NCBI GenBank assembly: GCA_963789395.1
Contig: CAWBKP010000011.1
Span: 254,901 to 318,900 of the forward strand
Direction: 5' to 3'
From: an uncultured delta proteobacterium
GTDB lineage: Bacteria; Desulfobacterota; Desulfobacteria; Desulfobacterales; Desulfatirhabdiaceae
Length of the DNA: 64,000 nt
Shown: positions 30,459 to 39,541 of the stretch, piece after piece
Layout: each line of letters starts with the position of its first letter
Position numbering within the stretch: the first letter of the stretch is position 1
Notes under the pieces: model-generated
The model's input: the letters and a program-made list of their open reading frames with translations, nothing else
What the model was told of the DNA's origin: nothing
Database searches by the model: none
Position numbers and translations under genes: made by a program

Positions 30459-31849
30459 TCAGGCTAGTTTTTCACGCAGCCAATGGGCGAAAGCCGCCGC
30501 AACGGCACAGGAAGCCATCCTGGCTTCGGCCGAATCCGCCCGGCTGGTCAGGATAATGGGTACCCGTGCCCCCAGGACGATACCGGCCGAATCGGCTTTG
30601 CCCAGGTAGGTCAGCTGTTTGGCCAGCATGTTGCCGGCCTCCAGGTCGGGCACCAGAAGAATGTCCGCTTCGCCGGCCACCGGTGAATGGATGTCCTTTG
30701 ATCAGGGCGGCTTCCTTGCTGATGGCATTGTCAAAGGCCAGCGGGCCGTCGATGACGGCCCCTGTCGATTTGCCCGCGGTCGGCCATTTTACACAAGGCA
30801 GCGGCATCGATGGTGCCGGGAATCTTCGGGTTTACCGTTTCCATTGCCGAGAGAATGGCCACCTTGGGCTGCGGAATGTTCAGCGCGTGGGCCAGTTGAA
30901 TGGCATTCTTGAGAATATCGACCTTGTCTTCCAGGGTCGGATAGATGTTGATGGCCGCATCGGTGATGAACAGCGGCCGGGGATAGGTGGGCACATCCAT
31001 GGCAAAAATATGGCTGATCCGCCGTTCGGTGCGCAGCCCCGTGGCAGACGGAACGACCGCGCCCATCAGCTCATCGGTGTGCAGGCTGCCTTTCATGAGC
31101 GCTTCGGCCTCGCCGGATCGGCAAAGCGCCACGGCTTTTGCCGCGGCATCATGGCTGTGGACCGCATTCACCAGACGATAGGGACTGATATCCAGATTCA
31201 GGCTCTCCGCCAGGGCCCGGATTTTGGCTTCGGGCCCCACCAGGATCGGTTCGATCAGATCGCTCTTGGCCGCATCGATGGCACCTTCCAGCGCCTCTTT
31301 GCCGCAGGGGTGGCACACGGCGGTGGGAACCCGATCCCAGTCCTTGACGTGATCGATCAGCTTCTTGAAAGCGTTTTTACGCCACAGCTGCATGGAGGCG
31401 TAAGGCGATCCGGCATCGGTCGGCTTTTGGGTCGGCGCCTTGACCTTGGCCATGCCGGTGATGATTTTCTCGTCGCGCTGATTGACCGCCAGGCAATCAA
31501 AAAGCACACTGCCGTCCGCGGCATTTTTGGCTTTTGCGGTCACGGTAATGGTGATCGTGTCGCCGAGTTCCAGCGCATTGTGGAACTCGAACTGCTGGGA
31601 TTGATAGACCGTGCCGGGCCCCGGCAGATCGTTGCCCAGCAGGCTCGAGATCAGGGCCCCACCCCACATGCTGTGTCCGACCAGCTTGTGCCGATCCAGC
31701 AGCATCCGCGCGTATTCGTCACTGAAATGCGTCGGGTTCATATCGCCGGACAAAAGCCCGAACATGTCAATGTCCTGTTTGGTCAACACCCGCTGCATGC
31801 TGGCGCTGTCGCCGACATGGATTTCATCGAACGTTTTGTTGGTGATCAT
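30459..31849 (-). CDS. bifunctional MaoC enoyl-CoA hydratase / phosphate acyltransferase (frameshifts ~30690-30770)
   Basis: N-terminal SGDMNPTH...LPGPGTVY; PTA/PTB motifs LMKGSLHT, TDAAINIYP, DGPLAFDNAIS, PDLEAGNMLAK and PIILTSRAD. Confidence 0.9.
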
Positions 31850-34050
31850 CTCGTCAATCCTTTTTCCGGGTGGATGTTGCAGGCTTGTTCCCGGGTTGTT
31901 TTACCGGCTGGAGGGGAAATGAAGAGCCGCTCCAGCTGCGCCAGGCGTTTCTGTGCCTCCTCACCCAGCGGCCCGCCGGCGGTGGCGACCTGGCGCACAT
32001 ATTCCAGAAGCTGCGGACCTTCGTTTTCATGGCCTTTGAGCAGTTCGGGGATCAGCGCGATGGCGCGCTTTTCGTCCAGCTTGACCATCAGATACTGTTC
32101 GCGAAGGTCCTGTTTGAATTCGGCCAGGGTTTTTTGGGCGCCATGTTCATTCCGGATCCGGCGGAGCACTTCGAAAGAACGTTCATCGACGGCTTTTTCC
32201 GGCATGCAGACATAGACCATGGCGCGAATCGCCGCCTCACGGGGCCCCCCCTTGTCCATTCCGGCCTGAAGTTCCGCGATTTGACGCTTGACGAACACCG
32301 AGTGATCCGGGTCATCGCCGGGATGCCTTCTGGGGGGGCCGTCCGATGCCCGCAGACCCAGCATGGCCTGCATCCACGGCTGCTCATAGATGCCAAAGAA
32401 CATCTGCTCGGTCATCATGTCCCGCCAGTCCCGATACGCATTCAGGCTCAGGGTCATCCAGTCCGAGAAAGCCTTCTCCCACTGCAGGAAAGGATTGTCC
32501 GCCGCGACCGGTTGACGGTTCTCCTGCACTTTCTGGGCCGCCGAAGCCAGCGGCTGCAGCGCCGGGTTGCTGTCGGAGATCAGCTCGTAGCTCAGCCGCA
32601 GCGGATGCATGCGGCGCATAAATTCGGCGCTTTTTTCGGTAGCCAGGGCACGAACGAGCGGCTGCGCCGTGGTGCGGTAAAGGCCGTGGATTGCCTCGGA
32701 CAACCTTGCCACAGCCGCAAAGCTGCGCTCTTCGTCGAGGGTGTTCCCGCCCATGGCGCGAATGTCCGCCAGGCTGCGGCTCTCGAAACAGGAAATAAAG
32801 TCTCCGGTCACCAGCCCGGCATTGGCCGCATCGGCGGATTTCTTCTGAATGACGGCTTCGTAAAGGCCGGGAGGCAGGCAATCGATGAGATCGATGTTGG
32901 TGGCGAATTCCTCATGTTCCTTTCTGGCGACACTGCCCGACACGAAGATTCCCAGATGCCCGATTGTTTCGTGAACACAATAGACGATCGTCTGGCCGGA
33001 GGCCAGGATGTCCTCATCGCTCCGGTACAGATCGAGAATCCAGCCGAGCGCCTGCTGGGGAGGCGTGATGTTGTCGCCCTTGGAACAGAAACAGACGATG
33101 GGCGAGCGGATTTCTCTCAGGTCCAGCCGCACACCGTCGGCAGTCACCATCTGCGCGGTGCTGAGCTTGTTGCCGACAAAGAGGTTGTCCACGATATACT
33201 GCATTTCCTCGCCGGCCAGGAGCACGGGGCTCCCCCACCAGCGTTCGAAGCCCAGATACCGGGGCGCTTCCGTATCGATTTTTGCGTAAAGGTTGTATTG
33301 CTTGGACCACAGGGTGTTGGCCGGGTTGAGGTTCTCGAAATTCTGCACCAGCCAGGCGCCGTCGAACTTCCCATGCCCCAGATCGCTGAACAGCGCCGTC
33401 AGCCAGCTTCCCCCCAGCAGACCGCCGCTGTAGCGCATGGGATTGGCCCCGCGCACGCCCGCCCAGTATGACATCGGTGATCCGGCCACGATGAGCGGCC
33501 CGCAGAGTTCGGGGTGTTTTGCCGCCAGCATCATCAATGCCCAGCCCGCCTGGCAGTTGCCGATCACCACCGGCTTGCCGTCGGCCCCGGTGTGCAGGTC
33601 AATGACCCGTCCGAGGAAGACGGCCCAGGCCTCGATCACGGCCTCGATGGTCTGCCCTGGTTCGGGTGACGGTGAAAACCCGATAAAGTAGCAGGGATGA
33701 CCCGCCTGCAGGGCCTCGCCGATTTCGCTGTCGGCAGTGAAACCGCCGATGCCGGGTCCGTGACCCGCGCGCGGATCGATGACGACAAAGGGCCGCTTGC
33801 GATCATCGATGACAATCCCCTTGGGCGGCTCGATTTTGATGATACCGTAGTTCACGGGCGGAGAGAGCGTGCGGCCGTCCAGGATGAGATGATGGTCGAA
33901 TTGCAGCACGTGCGGGACGGTTTGCGCCTTTTCCGCCAGGTACTGATTGCCGCGCCGGCGCATCACATCCCAGTATAACACCGAGCGCTGGGCAGCGTCG
34001 GTCAGGTATTCGGATAACTCTTTATAGCCAAATTTTGAATTTGTATTCAT
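31846..34050 (-). CDS. DUF3141 family PhaC/PhaZ-like alpha/beta hydrolase
   Basis: DPRAGHGPGIGGF, GNCQAGW, NFENLNPAN, GDNITPPQQAL and GHLGIFVS. Confidence 0.88.
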   Translation of the reverse strand: MNTNSKFGYKELSEYLTDAAQRSVLYWDVMRRRGNQYLAEKAQTVPHVLQFDHHLILDGRTLSPPVNYGIIKIEPPKGIVIDDRKRPFVVIDPRAGHGPGIGGFTADSEIGEALQAGHPCYFIGFSPSPEPGQTIEAVIEAWAVFLGRVIDLHTGADGKPVVIGNCQAGWALMMLAAKHPELCGPLIVAGSPMSYWAGVRGANPMRYSGGLLGGSWLTALFSDLGHGKFDGAWLVQNFENLNPANTLWSKQYNLYAKIDTEAPRYLGFERWWGSPVLLAGEEMQYIVDNLFVGNKLSTAQMVTADGVRLDLREIRSPIVCFCSKGDNITPPQQALGWILDLYRSDEDILASGQTIVYCVHETIGHLGIFVSGSVARKEHEEFATNIDLIDCLPPGLYEAVIQKKSADAANAGLVTGDFISCFESRSLADIRAMGGNTLDEERSFAAVARLSEAIHGLYRTTAQPLVRALATEKSAEFMRRMHPLRLSYELISDSNPALQPLASAAQKVQENRQPVAADNPFLQWEKAFSDWMTLSLNAYRDWRDMMTEQMFFGIYEQPWMQAMLGLRASDGPPRRHPGDDPDHSVFVKRQIAELQAGMDKGGPREAAIRAMVYVCMPEKAVDERSFEVLRRIRNEHGAQKTLAEFKQDLREQYLMVKLDEKRAIALIPELLKGHENEGPQLLEYVRQVATAGGPLGEEAQKRLAQLERLFISPPAGKTTREQACNIHPEKGLTR

Positions 34051-34174
34051 TGTCCTGCTCCTTTTGGCCTTTCCGGCCACATTTTATGCCAACGCATCGA
34101 AATTCGTCGCTTCACCCGGAAGCAAGCATCGTATTGTTTTCGAAAAAACCGTCATCAGCGTGCCGGTCTCTGTC

Positions 34175-34957
34175 TTACGCCATAATGCTGGCGCCGCCGT
34201 CCACATACACGGTATGGCCGGTCAGTCGCCGCCCGTAGGGCGTTGCCAGAAATGCGCAGAAAAAACCCACATCCAGGATGTCCACCAGTTCGCCGACCGG
34301 CGAGCGCTCAACGGCATCATTCAGCATCCGGTCAAAGTCTTTCAGCCCCGACGCGGCCCGTGTCTGGAGCGGACCCGGAGAGATCGCATGCACCCGGATC
34401 TTCAGAGGCCCGAGTTCGTAGGCCAGGTAGCGGCAAACCGCCTCCAGGGCCGCCTTGACCGGCCCCATCACATTGTAGTTGGGGACTACCTTCTGCGCCC
34501 CGTGGTAGCTCATGGTGAACATCGTCCCGCCGTTCTTCATCAGCGGCGCCGCCAGGCGCGCCATTCGGATAAAGGAATGGCAGGAAATGTCCATGGCTGT
34601 TGAAAAACCGCCGGCAGAGCAGTCCAGCAATCCGCCCTGCAGGTCTTCCTTGGGTGCGAACGCAATCGAATGCACCAGAATATCCAGCTGTCCCCACTCC
34701 TGTGCGATACGATCAAAAACCGCTTCCAGCTCTCCGGGGGTGGAGATATCCATGGGCATGAAAATCGCCGCCCCCAGTTCGTTCGCCAAAGGCTCGACAT
34801 GAGGTTTGGCCTTGTCGTTGAGAAAGGTGAGCGCCAACTCGGCCCCCAACTCTCGGAAGGCCTTGGCGCAGCCGTAGGCAATGGAATGCTCGTTGGCGAT
34901 CCCGACCACCAACGCCTTTTTATTATTGAGAACCGGTCTTGGAATCTCTATTTTCAT
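34175..34957 (-). CDS. fabI: enoyl-ACP/CoA reductase, FabI family
   Basis: GIANEHSIAYG, HSIAFAP, YNVMGPVKAALE (Y-x6-K) and ISPGPL.TRAASG. Confidence 0.9.
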   Translation of the reverse strand: MKIEIPRPVLNNKKALVVGIANEHSIAYGCAKAFRELGAELALTFLNDKAKPHVEPLANELGAAIFMPMDISTPGELEAVFDRIAQEWGQLDILVHSIAFAPKEDLQGGLLDCSAGGFSTAMDISCHSFIRMARLAAPLMKNGGTMFTMSYHGAQKVVPNYNVMGPVKAALEAVCRYLAYELGPLKIRVHAISPGPLQTRAASGLKDFDRMLNDAVERSPVGELVDILDVGFFCAFLATPYGRRLTGHTVYVDGGASIMA

Positions 34958-36153
34958 TTTGATCCTCCTTGAGTTGGTTTAAGCAGCCGAAGGGTATGAC
35001 GCGCAATCATCAATTCTTCGTTTGTCGGGATGACCCAGACGGCCACGCGGCTTGATCCGGTGCTGATGCAGCCCCGGCCTTCCATGTTGGCTGCTTCGTC
35101 GATTTCAACGCCCATCCAGGCGGCGTCGCGGCAGACACGGCTGCGAATGGCCGGTGCGTTTTCTCCGATGCCGCCCGTAAACACGATTGCATCCATTCCT
35201 TCCAGGGCCGCCGCCAGAGAACCCAGTTCGCGGCGGATCCGGTAAAGGAAAAGGTCCACGGCAAGTTTGGCCCGCGGTTCCGGGCTTTCAAGCAGCGTGC
35301 GCATATCGCTGGAAATACCGGAGACGCCCAGCAGTCCGGACTGCGTGTAGATGAGTTTTTCAATGGCCCGGGCGTCCATTCCCCGCTGATCCATGAGATA
35401 CAGGATGACGCCGGGATCGAGCGAGCCGCTGCGGGTGCCCATCGGCAGGCCTTCTACCGCCGTAAACCCCATGGTGCTGGCAAGGCTTCGCCCCGCCTGA
35501 ATGGCGCACATGCTCGCCCCGTTGCCCAGGTGAAGCACGACAATCTTCTTTTTTGCAATCATCGGCGCAATTTCGGGCAACGTGGCGGCAATGTACTCAT
35601 AGGACAGCCCGTGAAACCCGTAACGCATGATGCCCGCCTCCCGCAATTCGGCCGGCAGCGCGAACATCTGGGCCAATTCGGGCTGGGTTCGGTGGAAGGA
35701 CGTGTCGAAGCAGGCCACCTGCGGCAACTCAGGAGCGCGCTCCAGCGCGCGGCGGATCGGAGCCAGATTGTGCGGCTGATGAAGGGGAGCCAGCGGAATG
35801 AAGGTTTCCAGCACCTTCAGCACCTCCGCATCCAGACGCACCGGCTCCATGTAGGCCAGGCCGCCGTGCACCACCCGGTGCCCGATGCCGATCAGCAGCT
35901 CGCCCCCCAGCTCGGACCTCAAATAGCTGATAAGATGGTCGAGCGCCCCGTCGTGTCCCAGCACGACGCCATCGGGGAAGGTCTTCTCGGCTTTCAGCAT
36001 ACCGTCCGGCGCCTTTGAAACAAAACGGGCCTGCGTGTAAAGACCTTCGATCTGCCCCCGGACGTCAGGCTCCAGGGTATCCTTGCGTTCGACAAACAGG
36101 GAAAATTTGATGCTCGATGAGCCTGCGTTGATCACGATAATAGCATTGTTCAT
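34954..36153 (-). CDS. ackA: acetate/propionate family kinase
   Basis: INAGSSSIKF, GHRVVHGG, LAPLHQP, FDTSFH, RYGFHGLSY, HLGNGAS, FTGGIGEN and PTNEEL. Confidence 0.93.
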   Translation of the reverse strand: MNNAIIVINAGSSSIKFSLFVERKDTLEPDVRGQIEGLYTQARFVSKAPDGMLKAEKTFPDGVVLGHDGALDHLISYLRSELGGELLIGIGHRVVHGGLAYMEPVRLDAEVLKVLETFIPLAPLHQPHNLAPIRRALERAPELPQVACFDTSFHRTQPELAQMFALPAELREAGIMRYGFHGLSYEYIAATLPEIAPMIAKKKIVVLHLGNGASMCAIQAGRSLASTMGFTAVEGLPMGTRSGSLDPGVILYLMDQRGMDARAIEKLIYTQSGLLGVSGISSDMRTLLESPEPRAKLAVDLFLYRIRRELGSLAAALEGMDAIVFTGGIGENAPAIRSRVCRDAAWMGVEIDEAANMEGRGCISTGSSRVAVWVIPTNEELMIARHTLRLLKPTQGGSK

Positions 36154-36199
36154 GGCGATTGCCCTTCCCTTCCCGTTGGTGTGCGTGTCAGGTTGTCCC

Positions 36200-36730
36200 T
36201 CACAGTTGAAACGTCACATGGACAACACCGTCCTCCCGGCTCTGGCTCATGGCCAAACCGCACCGGGCAAATACGGCAAGCATCGCCTTGTTCTCCGGAA
36301 GAACCTCCGCCTCAAACGCCGCGATCCCCTTATCCCGGGCGATTGCGGTCAGGTGCCTCAGAATCCGGCTCGCAATGCCGAGGCCGTGGTAGTCTTCTTC
36401 CACCAAGAACGCCACTTCCGCATGACGCCGCCCGCCTGGGGCATCACCGGCAACATAACGGCCTGAACCGATGATCGTCTCCACCTGCCCTTCCGTTTTT
36501 GTCACCACCAGGGCGACGACGTTCTCAAAATCCACTTCGGTGGCGGTCTTGAGGTCTTCTTGCGTCAATTCGTTCTTGAAGCCGAAGAAGCGGGTATAGA
36601 TAGACTCCCGCTCGAGGTTTCGGAAGGCATCGGTAATCCTGTCCTTGTCATCGGGCCGGATCGCCCGGACGGTAACGGATAAGCCGTTCTTGAGCTGCTC
36701 AACTGCGTGGTAGTTTCTTAAATCGCCCAT
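36200..36730 (-). CDS. GNAT N-acetyltransferase (resembles the GNAT domain of Pat-type lysine acetyltransferases)
   Basis: VRAIRPDD, SIYTRFF, AEVAFLV..DYHGLGIA and VLPENKAML. Confidence 0.85.
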   Translation of the reverse strand: MGDLRNYHAVEQLKNGLSVTVRAIRPDDKDRITDAFRNLERESIYTRFFGFKNELTQEDLKTATEVDFENVVALVVTKTEGQVETIIGSGRYVAGDAPGGRRHAEVAFLVEEDYHGLGIASRILRHLTAIARDKGIAAFEAEVLPENKAMLAVFARCGLAMSQSREDGVVHVTFQL

Positions 36731-36871
36731 GTTGGATTCCTTTGATCTGAAGTGACAGGGTAAGAGAAGCATCTCTGATGTTGAAGCCAAAAGCATCATT
36801 TCAGAAACGATTTTAATCAATGAGTGCTGACAGCCAGTTCTTTTTGCAGAACAGACTGAGGATCTTATTCG

Positions 36872-36899
36872 ATCATACAGCAGCCATGGAAATTGTCAA
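36872..36899 (-). promoter_or_regulatory. putative sigma70 promoter of the GNAT-ackA-...-pha operon
   Basis: Minus strand TTGACA-atttccatggctgctg (16 nt)-TATGAT. Confidence 0.6.
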
Positions 36900-36938
36900 T
36901 TAAGAAAAGGTCGGAAAGGGGGTACATCGGCGGCTATG

Positions 36939-37292
36939 CTATGCGAGCAGGCGTACCCGACCGGTCATGATATCGCACACTGCCCCCACCAGCTTCTTGC
37001 GGCCCTCAGCCATGCTCTCGTGGCCTTCCGGCGTGTCGAGGATCTGGCGCATGGTCAAGCGGACGTTGGCCTCGACGGCACATGCAAGAAGCTGCGACGG
37101 CGGCAGCTACGAGTCGCTGCAGCCGAAGATAGTCGCAAGGGCCGCTGTCCTCTTGACAAGATCGGCAAGCACCTCCATGGGCGTTCTCGTATTGCGTGGT
37201 TCACCCCACAGAAAGCACGCGTTGTCTTCCATCAATCACACGAGCGCATCGTCTGCGCTGACAGGACAATCATCATTGCATGATGTCACCAT
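36939..37292 (-). pseudogene. beta-carbonic anhydrase pseudogene (two in-frame stops, internal deletion, frameshifts)
   Basis: Manual translation SADDALV*LMEDNACFL...LATIFGCSDS*LPP joined directly to AVEANVRLTMRQIL...KLVGAVCDIMTGRVRLL; the HxxC Zn-ligand region is missing. Confidence 0.8.
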
Positions 37293-37819
37293 GTTGATTC
37301 CCTCTTAGCCTTCCCTGGCCATTTGCAGCATGCAAGTCCAGCTTCCCCCCTAACCCCTGCGGATCTGGCCAAGTACCTGGTTTTCTGAAAAAGTGTAGTG
37401 CTCCTGGACCCTTACGATCCAAAAGCACCAACTGTCTGGCTAAAACTTGAATCACCACTTTCAGCGATCCAATGCAAAAACGACGAAAGAATGGGTCGGC
37501 ATGCCGACCGTATCGAAAAATGACCAGCCTCCTACCATAGTCGCTGCATAAAAGGCGGTCTATTCGTCAATTCGTCCGGTTCGAAGGATCCATCCTCCGA
37601 TTGCAGAGCATTACCATTTCCCCTAATTATTTCGGGATGTTCCGAGCGGACTGGAGTTATCCTATGTTTGAAATTTAAATCAAAAGAATTAAGATGGTCC
37701 CAAATTCTTGATGGACTCCAGCCCACTCATGTGCGAGATTTCGTCAAACCGGATCTCCGGAGGTTCTTCGGCCATCTCTGTGGTCAGAAACACCTTCCCC
37801 CGGTTTTCCCGAGCCGATA

Positions 37820-38376
37820 TCAGGGATTGATTTGGGTGATTTTTGATCCTTGCAGACCCAGTCCAGCCATTAACCCCTTCTGGCTGAAAATGAAGACATA
37901 AATAGCATCCTTTTCAGTCGAGGTTGTCAACGTTTTGGCCATCCCCACGTCCACTACGACAACACTGGGACCGACCCCGACTTCCCAGCCGCTGCTTTTG
38001 TTCAGGTACTCAAGAGAAGCGCTATCCAAGAAAAACATGGCATAGCCGAATTTCTGGGCGCCTGCCTGCAACTTTAGGAACCTGCGACTGTATTGTAGTA
38101 GCCGACTGTTTTACCCCCCCCGAGAATGGCGCCTTCTCCATATTGTCCGCCAGTAACAAGTCCCGCTTTCGTGATACTTGGGAAAACTTTAACCCCTTTT
38201 GCTACTTTAGACAGTTCCAGGGCCGCAGGGTATTTGGCATACAGTTTTTTCAAGACACCGGCAACCGTGTGGTCCAGCTTTGTGGCGTCAGCAGCCATGG
38301 CGGGGTGAATAAATAAAGTTGCTGTAAACAGGCTCATCATGATTACAATACCTGACATACGAATTATGGTACGCAT
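37820..38376 (-). CDS. Ysc84/SYLF domain exported protein (paralogue 3; frameshift ~38075)
   Basis: Closely similar to 6682..7239 (ELSKVAKGV.VFPS.TK.G...GGQYGEG; QAGAQKF; GSKI..INP). Confidence 0.85.
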
Positions 38377-38411
38377 AGGAATTTCCTTATCGTTATTAAT
38401 GTTAATATGGT

Positions 38412-38543
38412 GAGCCTCTTGAACAACTCCTTCAAATCGCTTCTTCCGTCATACCGTCGAATCCCGGTTCAGAAATCCGAAAGGGGCGCTGGTATCCAGT
38501 GAATTCAATGGCTTCTGGGCACCGGTTTTCACCGGGGTGACGA
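38412..38543. repeat. family B REP/MITE, right end lost
   Basis: GAGCCTCTTGAACAACT left end; GTCATACCG...GGTATCCAG and CTGGGCACCGGTTTTCACCGGGGTGACG. Confidence 0.7.
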
Positions 38544-39327
38544 ACGATGGAAATTGCTTGAGCCACTTCTTCCAAAACCCAAACCAAACCCGAAAGGAGT
38601 CCGCCTCCCGGTAAATAACCGAGACGTAATTTTAAGGCATCTTGTGGGTGTTGCGAACCGGTGCAAGGTGGGGCGATCTGCCGGATCTGTATCCAAGTCC
38701 ATCCACGTGCTGGAGATGCTTGAGACTATGTGAGGAGCAGGGTGTCTGGCTTGATGTCTGGCGAAAGTTTATATCTCTGCTTGATGAAAAAGGATTGCTG
38801 GACTAGAAAGAAGCCTTCATAGACGGCAACTTTGCACCGGCAAAAAAGGGGCGCTCTCATTGGAAAAACCAAAAAGGGAAAAGGAACCAAGTGGATGGTG
38901 ATGGTCGACGGCCAGGGTATTCCTTTGGGAAGCATCCTTGCCTCGGAATCGCCCGCAGAAGTCAGGCTCGATGAAAAAACGCTCGAAGCAGTGAAAGTTC
39001 CACGCAAAGGTCGGGGACGACCCATAAAGAGGCCGATGCAGCTGATCGGCGACAAAGGTTACGACAGCGATCAGCTGAGGGAAAGGCCCAAAATCTTTAA
39101 AATTGATCTTTTTGTTCCTCACCATTGTAACAGAAAAAAACCTAAAACGCAGGACGGTAGAAAACTACGTCGGTATCGTGAGCATTGGAAAGTGGAGCGC
39201 ACTTTTTCCTGGCTTGGTAATTTTCGCCGGTTGACTTTACGTTATGAACGCCTCGCTAAAATTTATAGTGCCTTTTCAAACTTGCCTGTATTAAGATTGT
39301 CTTGAATAGTTTTTGAAATGACTTCTA
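38539..39327 (+). mobile_element. degenerate IS5-family element (IS427-like, two-ORF transposase), 5' end missing
   Basis: ILWVLRTGARWGDLP..YPSPSTCWR, FIDG, AAAAAAGGGG slip site ~38842, GKGTK, GDKGYDSD and WKVERTFSWL..FRRL..RYER; in-frame TAG ~38804; right end TTTTGAAATGACTTCTA. Confidence 0.85.
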
Positions 39328-39541
39328 ACACCTTCACCGAAGGCTTTCAAGGTCAGGACCACATCGATGGTAGACTTGCGGTACCAAGATAATTTTCCAT
39401 ACATTTCTTTTAACGTGATATAATAAATTCGAATGATTTATGCTGTAAAAAGAATGATGATACCGTACTAATCGGGAACCGACCGAATTCAATCGGCCAC
39501 GAGGGTTAATTCACGAGACGGTCTTGAAAGGAGGAGTTATC

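Noticed and set aside
30566..33471. Long plus-strand ORFs 30566..32215 and 31870..33471 (also 40249..41703, 15249..16196, 42305..43408, 7625..8569)
   Set aside because: Antisense shadows of well-supported genes in GC-rich DNA, with no recognisable motifs.
37300..37815. Perfect palindrome GGTCGGCATGCCGACC (~37494-37509) and short ORFs
   Set aside because: Single occurrence with no supporting context.
38832..39305. IS5 orfB as an active transposase
   Set aside because: orfA has an in-frame stop and a frameshift, and the left end is missing.
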